From contig CAZWNW010000004.1 in assembly GCA_964636255.1 (NCBI GenBank), forward strand, positions 114,076-178,075: a stretch of DNA of 64,000 nt. The letters are read 5' to 3'. The translations under genes were made by a program, and so were the position numbers. A model generated the notes under the pieces. The model saw nothing but the letters and a program-made list of their open reading frames with translations. It was not told the DNA's origin and did not search any database. Each line of letters begins with the position of its first letter. Within the stretch, counting starts at the first letter, position 1. Below, one piece after another: positions 28,915-37,863 of the stretch. The stretch is from an uncultured Bacteriovoracaceae bacterium (GTDB taxonomy: Bacteria > Bdellovibrionota > UBA2428).

Positions 28915-30825
28915 TTATTCACCCATCAAGAGTTTTTTAATTCTACTCTGCTGATCTTCCTCAATCTTTGGGACGGATATGGCTTGTTTCTCAAGATCAG
29001 CCACCTGCTCGCGAAGACCGTTCAATTCATTTTTGATCGGAATCCAAAGGTCCGTATATCGAGTCACTCCCGCAACTTTCTTCAATGCCTTCGCACCACC
29101 CTGGCTGTAGGCCTCGGTCATCGAATGTATGCGCTTTAAAGCTGCATGGAAATTCTGCAGCCCAGACAAGGCTGCCGCATAAAAGCGATAATCCGTGTGA
29201 CCGCGAAGCTCCTCGCCTAAATTTTGATATTTTCTCTGCCAGCCTTGGGAATAAGACAGCCAAGCTTTACGCGAAACTGCTCCGGTCTTCAAAGCGTGTT
29301 GCATAGCTCCGTCTTCCAACTCTTTGGCAATCGCGATCAAAGACTCAAGACGGTTCTCAAGTTCTTTTCGCTCTTCCGCGGCTGCCAAGAGACGTTGATT
29401 TTCCAGATCTTTCAATCGTGTGGCGAGTTCGGGTTCTGCGGGCCAGCTGCCCACTTGAAATACCTGCGAACCTAAATCGAGAGCCTCGACTGTTCTTCCA
29501 TTCGAAGCGTCATCGCCACGAAACATGATCGTATAAGTTCCAACGGAAAGCGGCGCACCGTCGGCTGTGATGGGACCAATAGCAAAGTACTCATCAAAAA
29601 GCGGAATCTCTTTGATCCATACCTTGGGACGCACCATCAGATTCTGACTACTGTTCGGAAAAATCGCTACGCGTAGCTTTTTCAACTTTTTATCCGCGAC
29701 AACCAATGGACTGACAACGCCGACCAATATCGGACGGTTTTCCATCAGATTTTCTGTTGCGAGGCGCACGGGAAGTGCGCCTCCATTGTCTGCCGCACGA
29801 ATCGATTGAAGTTCGGTCCAAATACGCTCGCTCAACGAGAGTATGGGAGGAGCCGTCTCTGCTCCCGCTCCCGCTGCCGATGGCTCGCCCGACTCTGGTC
29901 CCGAGCTTTTCGCGCTTTCATCCCAACTCTCTAACTGCAATTCTTTTACCAGATCCACGCCCACGATATCTGAAACCGAGCGAAGTGTGGGTACGACGTA
30001 AGATTTAAGCGGACTGAAAAATAGCACTCCCAGCCCAACGATCAGCAATAGAGCGAGAATCAAAACAGTACGCAGGAAAGAAAGGATTTTTCGTCTTGGT
30101 CCCGCGATACCCGTCCTGGAGCCCGCCGCGGGTTCCGGGGAATCTTCAAGCAATGCCTCATCCTCTGGAAAAGCACCAGCTCGGCTACCGGAAAGTTCTT
30201 CGGTGAATTCACCCGAAGGCAGTTCATCCGAAGCCGCAAGTGGCTCGTCTAATTCGATACCTTCGCCGAGTGGTTCCAGTTGCAGTGGTTCAGATTCATC
30301 GCCGGCACCATCAGCCGCGGCCTCTAGACTTTGTCCCCAATTCGAGGACTCTGAAAGCTCCAGATTTTCTTCGGTCAAAGATGGCGGCGCAAAGGCATCC
30401 TCGCCTTGGGCGCTTTCGCCCAATTCAAAACCACTATCCAAAACTTCGTCAGAACCCACTTCCGGCTCTGGGGTTGAAGAAATCGACAAGCTCATCGACG
30501 ACCCAGCACTTTCATCAGATTCAGAAGAAGCTCCAAAATCTAGCGGAGCCTCGGAGAGTTCTTCAACGGGTGTCTCTGCGGCTTGCGGCTTTCCACCGAG
30601 AGAAGCCTTCAAGACTTCCACGGAATTAACGGCTTCCCAATTCGACATGCCATCCGTGTAGACAAATGCAGTGGCATCAAATTCTTTTGAAGTAAATTTT
30701 GAAATTAAATCTGTCTCTAAAAACGGCCCCAATTCGGTTTCGTTAAAATAGACATACCATTGGCGGCCTGGATCAGGAGTCATCACGTGAAGTATAGAGC
30801 CCAAACTTGCATGGGGGCAAGACAC
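28915..30825 (-). CDS. Membrane protein with N-terminal DUF4339/GYF-like module, long acidic low-complexity region, one TM and a C-terminal domain
   Basis: QWYVYFNETELGPF motif. Region rich in E/S/L/D. TM LRTVLILALLLIVGLGVLFF. Confidence 0.5.
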   Translation of the reverse strand: MSCPHASLGSILHVMTPDPGRQWYVYFNETELGPFLETDLISKFTSKEFDATAFVYTDGMSNWEAVNSVEVLKASLGGKPQAAETPVEELSEAPLDFGASSESDESAGSSMSLSISSTPEPEVGSDEVLDSGFELGESAQGEDAFAPPSLTEENLELSESSNWGQSLEAAADGAGDESEPLQLEPLGEGIELDEPLAASDELPSGEFTEELSGSRAGAFPEDEALLEDSPEPAAGSRTGIAGPRRKILSFLRTVLILALLLIVGLGVLFFSPLKSYVVPTLRSVSDIVGVDLVKELQLESWDESAKSSGPESGEPSAAGAGAETAPPILSLSERIWTELQSIRAADNGGALPVRLATENLMENRPILVGVVSPLVVADKKLKKLRVAIFPNSSQNLMVRPKVWIKEIPLFDEYFAIGPITADGAPLSVGTYTIMFRGDDASNGRTVEALDLGSQVFQVGSWPAEPELATRLKDLENQRLLAAAEERKELENRLESLIAIAKELEDGAMQHALKTGAVSRKAWLSYSQGWQRKYQNLGEELRGHTDYRFYAAALSGLQNFHAALKRIHSMTEAYSQGGAKALKKVAGVTRYTDLWIPIKNELNGLREQVADLEKQAISVPKIEEDQQSRIKKLLMGE

Positions 30826-30971
30826 AAAGCTCTGAATTTACTTTAAGAGCTGATTCAAGCTAGATTTTCGAGAGGTGAATTTTGGCCTCCTAAAAATCCA
30901 TCATCACCAGGGCTGAGGGCTTGACGACCCAGGGGCACTGAAGCATTCTCCAATGCGTCTAAAAACCCTGC

Positions 30972-31057
30972 GGAGGCGTAGGATAATTGGTATTCCAGCA
31001 GATTCGAAATCTGCCGCCTTTACGGGCTTGTGAGTTCGAGTCTCACCGCCTCCGCCA
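30972..31057 (+). tRNA. tRNA-Ser (anticodon CGA)
   Basis: Acceptor stem GGAGGCG/CGCCTCC. Anticodon arm GCAGA-TTCGAAA-TCTGC. Long variable arm. T-arm GTGAG-TTCGAGT-CTCAC. Discriminator G plus encoded CCA. Confidence 0.8.
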
Positions 31058-31170
31058 AATTTTGCTAAAGCAAAATTTCAGCTAATATCCTACTCCACTG
31101 TCTTTTCTGATCATAGCCACTCCAACTGCGAAGTTTTGCGAAATTTCGGCACTGTCGGAGAATCCTTCTT

Positions 31171-31755
31171 TTATTCTTCAAAATCGCCTGAAACAGCCTC
31201 GGCAGCCGCCTTGATCTGAGCTCCATCATTGATGGAATCCATCGCAACAAGAAGTGCATCAAGCAGAAAAATCCAATTCTTCGTATCTTTTTCCACCGTA
31301 AAAAGCCCTTCAAACTTAATTGTGATGTGATCATCCGTTGAAAAGGTTCCGTGATCGTTGCTTACTTGGAGACTACTAGCCGTGGCGCAGTGATCATCAA
31401 GATCAAATTCCACGCGTTCAAATGTTCCCACCGGAATTTCTAGGGTTTCCAAAGCCTCGACATCATTTTGAAAAAGAACATCGCCTACTTCGAGCTCATA
31501 GCTACTGGCATCGGCGGCAGAATCACTGGAATCGACCTTAAAACGGACGCGTTTAAAGCAAAAGCGGAGCATCGAAACAGCAAAAGGAACCATCCTACGA
31601 TCCTGATTTAGACGCGCCGCTTGCGATCCGCTTTTTCCCAACTCTAGAGTTACGGTTGGATTTCCTGTGCGAGTATTTCCACATGCGACCAAACTCAACA
31701 ATGCACACTTCATCGCCATTCCATTTATTCTTGCTTTAAACTTTGAGTTTTTCAT
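31171..31755 (-). CDS. Lipoprotein, paralog A of a duplicated pair
   Basis: Lipobox LVACG. Shares FKRVRFK, ITIKFEGLFTV and C-terminal AAEAVSGDFEE with the protein at 32604-33176. Confidence 0.6.
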   Translation of the reverse strand: MKNSKFKARINGMAMKCALLSLVACGNTRTGNPTVTLELGKSGSQAARLNQDRRMVPFAVSMLRFCFKRVRFKVDSSDSAADASSYELEVGDVLFQNDVEALETLEIPVGTFERVEFDLDDHCATASSLQVSNDHGTFSTDDHITIKFEGLFTVEKDTKNWIFLLDALLVAMDSINDGAQIKAAAEAVSGDFEE

Positions 31756-32597
31756 GACTTTGTCTCCGTCCTCTTTCGAGTTAAAGGAAATAGTGCGAAT
31801 TCCAGATGGTATACCTCTGAGGAGGCGTCTGTATCCTCGGCCGTAATCGCCTCGACACGATCTAGAGTCTCCTCGAGAAGCGCATTTATTTTTTTCATCT
31901 GCTTTTGGCTAAGGCGAAATGTAAGGCCCTGCAGGTTTCGCTGATCACGATCAGAATTTTTAATCGAATCCTGCGCTAGATTTAAAATTTGTTGATGAAA
32001 CTTATGAAGTGAAACGCTGAACACGCCCCCATTGCATTGAAGATTGCGTGAGGTCGATTGCCATCGATCCTTTTCATCTTTTTTCAGAAATTTTGCGGAC
32101 TCTAGAAATTCGAACGCTTTCTGGACCTCTTCCTTTTTGATCGGGTGCAGACTTCGTTTCTGAATCCACTTAATATCAGGCTCAAAATCCGAAAGCTGCA
32201 CAAGTTCATGAAGGAATACATGAATCCAGTTGGAGAGATAATTGTATACTTGAAGATCAGCTTGATTCTCGCCGATGTAACTTGGATGAAGCAGAGCCTC
32301 CTGCAGCGCCCCCAGTCTAAGCGCTTCTGTCGGGGATTCCGAGATACGCCGAAGTATGCGCAGATAGCTCAATTCTTCGGAGCCTAACTGCAAATGAGGA
32401 AGCATTTTTTCAAAAGTTTTTTCTGAAAGAATTTGCTTTTGACTCAGGCCCAGCGAAACCGCTGCTGGTGACACGCAGGCGAGGCTAGCGATGTCGCGTA
32501 ATGAGAGCACTGGCTGACCTTCCTTTTTCAAGAAAGCCAGCCAGTCTTTAAGAAAGACTAGGTAATTGCTAAAAGCAAAAACGCTAGGTCGATTCAC
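31752..32597 (-). CDS. Putative HTH DNA-binding protein (resembles the TIGR02147-type family; unverified)
   Basis: N-terminal YLVFLKDWLAFLKK...LSLRDIASLACVSPAAVSLGL HTH-like segment. Overlaps lipoprotein A by 4 nt (ATGA). Confidence 0.5.
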   Translation of the reverse strand: MNRPSVFAFSNYLVFLKDWLAFLKKEGQPVLSLRDIASLACVSPAAVSLGLSQKQILSEKTFEKMLPHLQLGSEELSYLRILRRISESPTEALRLGALQEALLHPSYIGENQADLQVYNYLSNWIHVFLHELVQLSDFEPDIKWIQKRSLHPIKKEEVQKAFEFLESAKFLKKDEKDRWQSTSRNLQCNGGVFSVSLHKFHQQILNLAQDSIKNSDRDQRNLQGLTFRLSQKQMKKINALLEETLDRVEAITAEDTDASSEVYHLEFALFPLTRKRTETKS

Positions 32598-32603
32598 GAA
32601 GAA

Positions 32604-33176
32604 CTACTCCCACAAATCGCCGCTGATTGCTTCAGCTGCGTCCTTGAGATCCGCATCCGCAGAAGCAGCGGCCAGGCCCTCAATGATTCGATCAAAGGCA
32701 AGAGTGATAGCCCCGGTCTCGCTATCGACAGTGAAGTCTCCATCGAATTTGATGGTGATGCGATCTACCGTCGAGAGTTGTGAACCATTATCAACATAGA
32801 GGCTATATCCGCTACCGCAGCCGTCCTCGAGATCGACTTCGATTCTTCGATAGTCCCCGGCAGGCACACTAACCTCACCCAGTACACTCGCAGTGCCATT
32901 GATAATCACTTCACCAAGCTCTAAATCAACATTGTCATCCGCCAAGTCGACTCCGTCCACGGATTCAATATCCTCTGCGGTTTTCAAGCGCAGCCGCTTA
33001 AAACAAAGACGGGCTTCATTGAAGCTTGAGGGAACAGCTTCGGGTGAGAAGGCCGGAGCCAGCGCGCCAAACTCTGAAGCTTCCAAATTCAGACTTTGCA
33101 AGGGCGCGCGTTTGCCGCAGGCACCAAGGACAAGAATTGTCAGGCCAATGAGGGTTTTCAGTTTTACGTTCGTCAT
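32604..33176 (-). CDS. Lipoprotein, paralog B
   Basis: Lipobox VLGACG. CFKRLRLK, ITIKFDGDFTV and C-terminal AAEAISGDLWE. Confidence 0.6.
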   Translation of the reverse strand: MTNVKLKTLIGLTILVLGACGKRAPLQSLNLEASEFGALAPAFSPEAVPSSFNEARLCFKRLRLKTAEDIESVDGVDLADDNVDLELGEVIINGTASVLGEVSVPAGDYRRIEVDLEDGCGSGYSLYVDNGSQLSTVDRITIKFDGDFTVDSETGAITLAFDRIIEGLAAASADADLKDAAEAISGDLWE

Positions 33177-33179
33177 TAT

Positions 33180-33380
33180 TTTTCTCCTTCTTTGATCTGG
33201 TCCTGCCTACATCCTACATACCTAATACTATAATAAATAAACATGATATCGAATTAAGTTTTTATTAAAATAAACATTTTTAATCATAACATATTGTTTT
33301 TAATGGAACTATATACAGTAATATAATTTATACTAACAAATTTAATAAACACTTCTGTTTAATTAATGTAATAATAGTAA
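33180..33380. promoter_or_regulatory. Extremely AT-rich (~15-20% GC) intergenic region; presumed divergent promoter/UP region for the lipoprotein operon
   Basis: Sequence is almost entirely A/T, with multiple TATAAT-like and TTTAAT hexamers. It contrasts with the ~50% GC surroundings. Confidence 0.5.
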
Positions 33381-33382
33381 AC

Positions 33383-33589
33383 ATGAACGCCCTACTTCAA
33401 AGCAGTTCCCAAAAGAAAAACAACGGACTTTATTGGAAATCACTCGTCCCAACAGCCTTCTGCATTGTGGCCCTAATCATCGCTGGAAGCTATTTGGCAA
33501 CAGATGCGCCGTCGGGAAAATGGCCTAGCAGCAACTTTCAAAAACGCGCTGAAAACTTTCAGAAAGGTTTTCTTTCACAATCTCGCTAA
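33383..33589 (+). CDS. Small single-TM protein (68 aa), hypothetical
   Basis: TM LVPTAFCIVALIIAGSYLA. ORF only. Confidence 0.25.
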   Translation: MNALLQSSSQKKNNGLYWKSLVPTAFCIVALIIAGSYLATDAPSGKWPSSNFQKRAENFQKGFLSQSR

Positions 33590-33602
33590 GCCCACACCCC
33601 GC

Positions 33603-34979
33603 TCACCCTTCGCGCAGCTCACGCGTGAGCTCCTGAAAGTCCTGCAAACGACTATCCGGATTCATCAGAGTTAGTCGGAGATATGAATCCGTACCTAGAC
33701 GAGCAAAAGTAATGTGAAAATGACCGTTATCTAAAACTTTGTCATAAAGTCCCTGTTGCTCGCTGTTCGACAGGCCTCGTTTGCGAAAAAGTAGAATGTT
33801 CATCTGTGGAAGAACGGGAGCATCGAAGTCGGGCTGGACTTGAAGCCAGCGATGAAATTCGGTCGTACGTTCGACTAAATTGTCCAGATAACTTTCCAAT
33901 CCACGATCTCCCATACTTAGGAGCACAGGATAGAATTTGAGGGCCAGAGATGGCCGCGTGCATTCCAGCGTATATGGATAACTATGAGGCCCTTCCTCTA
34001 GAGGCGCTTCACTGAGGTAAGAAGCTTCCTGCTGAAAGGTTTTAAACATATTTCTCCGATCACGGAAAAGAAGTGCTGTGCATAAACTGGGGGCGCGCAA
34101 CATTTTATGCGCGTCCCAAACCACGGAATCAGCTTTTTCGATACCTTTCACTAACGATTGATGCTTTCGCGACAAGAGAATCGAAGCACCGTGGGCGCCA
34201 TCAACATGAAACCAAATTTTTTGATCTCGAAGCAAAGTGGCAATCTCATCTAAGGGATCAAAAGCCCCCGACACCGTGCATCCGGCTGTCGCAATCACCG
34301 CAATGATCTTGCGCTTTTCGGACTGCACTCGACTGATTGTTCGCTCTAGAGCCCCAAGATCCATCGAGCCATCCGAACGACAGGCGACTCGCTGAATCGA
34401 GCGATCGCCAAATCCCATAATCGAGACCGCGCGCGAAAGACAATAATGAGTCGTATCGGACATTAAAAAGACCCCTCGTTCAGCTGGGTCGACACCCTCT
34501 GCCCACGACTTTGGCGTAGCCGAGGCTCGAGCCGCAAGCAGGGCTGTCAAATTCGCAAGTGATCCACCGTGCGTAAGAAATCCCCCGGCGGCGGGACCCT
34601 TCCACCCGATTTTAGACAGAAACCATTCGACCAAATTTCTCTCCAGAGCTAGGCCCGCCGCACCCATATCAGCCACCGCAAGGGAATTGTTGCTAAGACT
34701 TTGAACGAGATCTCCGAAGAGGGCCGCTGGGTGAGGAATCGAAACTTGATGACCCAAATATCTTGGATCACGCAAATGCGTTGCTAGCTGCAGATAGCGT
34801 TCCAGATATTTGATCAAGTCCTGAGGACTTTCCGCCTCGCCTGAAATAGGAAAAAATTTTTGGAGTGAGCCTGGATTTCGACTCGGTACCGTCTTTTCAG
34901 AAGTGCTTCTTAGAGACTCCAATAAGGATTGGATTCCAGACAAAAGAAAAGCATCATCGCTCCACATGTTTTCACTCAT
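33603..34979 (-). CDS. PLP-dependent group II amino-acid decarboxylase (glutamate/diaminobutyrate/aromatic decarboxylase-like)
   Basis: PLP lysine context VVWDAHKML. HVDGAHGAS. Size 458 aa. Confidence 0.8.
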   Translation of the reverse strand: MSENMWSDDAFLLSGIQSLLESLRSTSEKTVPSRNPGSLQKFFPISGEAESPQDLIKYLERYLQLATHLRDPRYLGHQVSIPHPAALFGDLVQSLSNNSLAVADMGAAGLALERNLVEWFLSKIGWKGPAAGGFLTHGGSLANLTALLAARASATPKSWAEGVDPAERGVFLMSDTTHYCLSRAVSIMGFGDRSIQRVACRSDGSMDLGALERTISRVQSEKRKIIAVIATAGCTVSGAFDPLDEIATLLRDQKIWFHVDGAHGASILLSRKHQSLVKGIEKADSVVWDAHKMLRAPSLCTALLFRDRRNMFKTFQQEASYLSEAPLEEGPHSYPYTLECTRPSLALKFYPVLLSMGDRGLESYLDNLVERTTEFHRWLQVQPDFDAPVLPQMNILLFRKRGLSNSEQQGLYDKVLDNGHFHITFARLGTDSYLRLTLMNPDSRLQDFQELTRELREG

Positions 34980-35082
34980 AGGACTCCGACTTAATGCCGT
35001 GTCCCAGACGACTCAATCCGGAAAGTTTGATTCGCTCAGGAATGCACCCTACTTTGAGAAAATGCATAAGGAGAGTGGGAAT

Positions 35083-36081
35083 ATGAGAACACTAACATGG
35101 AAATTTGCTCTAATTTTGTCATTGCTTGGAGTCCTACCGGTCCATGCACAAAACACACTCCCTCCGCACGAAGAACAACTTGCGCGCTTGCAGGGGCACA
35201 TTCATGTCAGCATCACGCCCGGCTTCAATTTCTTTGAACGAGTTCAGGCCATCAATCATCTCCATGAAACGGTCTTTAACTCTGATCTGTCCCACCACTT
35301 CGGCCCCGAAGCACTGGTACGCTCCGTTGAACTTCGCAAACTTTATTCCAGCGATGAGAATCAAGAACAGGAATCGGCCTTCATTTCAAAATTACGCGGG
35401 CACCACATTTCTTATGCGCCCACGCGCGGTACCATGGAAGCGCTCAGGCGGCAGCTTCCTCTTGAGGCCGCAATTTATACAGCCATCACCGAACTTGAAT
35501 TGAGCCTACTCTTTCAATTTGAAAACTTAAAAATCGAGCGCTCAGGAAATTATGTCACAAAAATCGTTTCTACCAATGAGTCTTATCTAAGAGTCCTTCA
35601 GAGCCTGCAGCGGGCCCTCGCAAAAATCGAGCTTTACGAGGCCTTCGATTCAATGGAAAAGATTACCTTTACGGATTCCAGCGAGAGTTTCGGCGGCATA
35701 AGTTTTGAGCGACGTAGTCGCTTGGTTGACGAGGAAGTGAAAGAACAACTAACGATTCATGTCGGTCGCCCCTGGACCAGCCTCTTTGATCTAGAATTCC
35801 ACGAAGACATGATCGGCCAGGGTCTTGAGATGCTTTTTGTGATGAAGTTCAAAAAGGTCAGTAGCTTGCTGCTGGAACTTCAAGAGGCACCAGGCGCCCT
35901 GAATGCGCTTTACGAACGGCTCACGCCCGCCAATATTGCAAGACTGCAGGCCCTGGGTGTAACAAATTTTCACTTCAGTTCAAATTGGCGAAATGCTGCG
36001 GAACTATTGAATCGCGGCACTCTGACTCTGGGTTGGAAAGCCGAAGATATCGATCAAATCTTTGCTTACTACATTCCCTGA
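35083..36081 (+). CDS. Secreted hypothetical protein
   Basis: Strong RBS AAGGAG. Signal peptide MRTLTWKFALILSLLGVLPVHA. The track ORF begins 60 codons earlier at 34903. Confidence 0.5.
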   Translation: MRTLTWKFALILSLLGVLPVHAQNTLPPHEEQLARLQGHIHVSITPGFNFFERVQAINHLHETVFNSDLSHHFGPEALVRSVELRKLYSSDENQEQESAFISKLRGHHISYAPTRGTMEALRRQLPLEAAIYTAITELELSLLFQFENLKIERSGNYVTKIVSTNESYLRVLQSLQRALAKIELYEAFDSMEKITFTDSSESFGGISFERRSRLVDEEVKEQLTIHVGRPWTSLFDLEFHEDMIGQGLEMLFVMKFKKVSSLLLELQEAPGALNALYERLTPANIARLQALGVTNFHFSSNWRNAAELLNRGTLTLGWKAEDIDQIFAYYIP

Positions 36082-36100
36082 ATCCGATTCAGGAATACGC

Positions 36101-37729
36101 TTAAGCGCTCTTTTTCTCGTCGTTCGAAAGAGTGTCGTCATTTTCGTAGTGATGCATTCGCCAGATTTTGGCTTCCTTAAAGAGCCGAACAAAACGTTCT
36201 TCGAGTTGACCTGCTTTCACCATGTCGTCCATGATCGATAGCGTGCGAGATACTGGCAGCGCTTTTTTATAAGAGCGATCAGCTGCGCACAGAGCATCAA
36301 AAATATCGCAGACGGTCATAATTCTGGAAAGCAGAGGTATCTCGTCGCCCTTCAAGCGACGCGGATAGCCCGTACCATTCAGGAGTTCATGGTGGGCATA
36401 AGCAATTTCAGGAATACGGGCAAAGTCTTCGCCCCAAGGAATCTGTCGTAAGAAAAGATAGGATTGGGTCACGTGGGATTCAACTTCGAGACGTTCAGCT
36501 TCGGTCAAACATCCCCGCTTAATGCTCAATGCTTCGACATCTTCTGGCTCCAGAAGGGGAGCTTTCACACCTTCGTCGATTTCAAATTTCATTGCTTCAA
36601 GTTCGTAAAGACGTACAGAGGCCTCTTCATCCAAAATGCTTGGTCGCGACATATTGCGTACGGTTTCGAGATACTCTTCGAGTTTCCCTCGGAATTCGCG
36701 CACATCACGTTCGACTTGGAAAATTTCGAGTTCACTGACGGGCTTTTGTGCACTTTTTGATTTTTCAACAAGTTGAAGAAACTGCTTCCGTTCAAAAGCT
36801 CGCAGGAAGGTGACAATCTTCTTTTCCATCCGCCAAATTTGAGCGTCACTTAGCTTTGACGCTTTCTGCAGAGTCGCTTCGCGAACCCCGATTTTACCGA
36901 AGTCATGAAGAAGTCCCGCATAGAGAAGTTCGCGTATTTGAATAAAGGAAAGATTCACATCACTAAATTCCGGATCCGTAGAGGCTGCGGTGATTTTTGC
37001 CAACTCTACAGTCATTGTCGCTACACGCTCTGAGTGACCGCGTGTGCCTGGATCTCGAGAATCAATCGCATAAACCGATGCGCGGACGAATGAATCGAAA
37101 AGATGTTCGATGCGACTTTGCATGCGCACAGACTCGATACTTGCCGTGGCTACCGCTGCAAAGCTTTCCAAAAGCCGCTGGTCATCAAGGGTAAAAGTTG
37201 GCATCGATTTCAGCGCGCGTTCATTGCCCGAGGGCCAAGGCTGTCGCAGATGCTTTTTCTTATTGAAAAGCTGAAGAACGCCCAGAACTTTGCCTTTTTG
37301 ATTTTTCAAAGGCAGTGCAAGGACACTGCGCGTGCGATACTCGTGTCGCTGATCGTACATCGTGTGGTATCGGAAACCCTTGGTCTCCTGAGCCACATAG
37401 ACATCCTTAATCCGCAGCGGCTGTCCGCTGCGGTAAACCATTGCGACCATGCTCGAAGAATCGGTATTGATGTCATCAAGCTCCAAAGAGGCCTTCAGAG
37501 TTTGGTTCAACGCAATTTCGAACTCTAATACATCCGCTGATTCGGCCTTCAAAAAGAGCGAGGCGCCGTCACAAACAATAAGCTTCATTGCCTTCTCGAC
37601 GACAAGGCGCCTGAGACCCTCGGGGGTACCCTCGGCCATCAATTCAATCGAGATTTCCTGAAGAGCACTGAGCCGTTGGGCCAGCGTCTTCTTGCTTTCT
37701 TTCGACACCACTTCTCTACCTATCGGCAA
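36101..37729 (-). CDS. GAF-domain + HD-GYP c-di-GMP phosphodiesterase
   Basis: HD motif LLHDFGK. HHE...GTGYP motif of HD-GYP. Confidence 0.8.
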   Translation of the reverse strand: MPIGREVVSKESKKTLAQRLSALQEISIELMAEGTPEGLRRLVVEKAMKLIVCDGASLFLKAESADVLEFEIALNQTLKASLELDDINTDSSSMVAMVYRSGQPLRIKDVYVAQETKGFRYHTMYDQRHEYRTRSVLALPLKNQKGKVLGVLQLFNKKKHLRQPWPSGNERALKSMPTFTLDDQRLLESFAAVATASIESVRMQSRIEHLFDSFVRASVYAIDSRDPGTRGHSERVATMTVELAKITAASTDPEFSDVNLSFIQIRELLYAGLLHDFGKIGVREATLQKASKLSDAQIWRMEKKIVTFLRAFERKQFLQLVEKSKSAQKPVSELEIFQVERDVREFRGKLEEYLETVRNMSRPSILDEEASVRLYELEAMKFEIDEGVKAPLLEPEDVEALSIKRGCLTEAERLEVESHVTQSYLFLRQIPWGEDFARIPEIAYAHHELLNGTGYPRRLKGDEIPLLSRIMTVCDIFDALCAADRSYKKALPVSRTLSIMDDMVKAGQLEERFVRLFKEAKIWRMHHYENDDTLSNDEKKSA

Positions 37730-37863
37730 TTTGATGCCTAAAACCCAATCGATTTTAAGAGCTTAACTAAGAATTAAAAATCTGAGGACCCAAATGATCT
37801 AAGTCCTCATAAACTATATGAATTTGACGATAATGCTGCATTGCGCTACAGATCGAAGACCTT

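Noticed and set aside
30150-30620. Repetitive E/S/L-rich stretch that looks periodic at DNA level
   Set aside because: Low-complexity acidic protein region inside a long ORF. No regular repeat-spacer structure, so not CRISPR.
30826-31170. Looked for an integrase or direct repeats of the tRNA 3' end next to either tRNA-Ser
   Set aside because: No tyrosine-recombinase motifs (R..HxxR..Y) in any nearby ORF and no obvious repeat within the window. The island interpretation therefore stays inferential.
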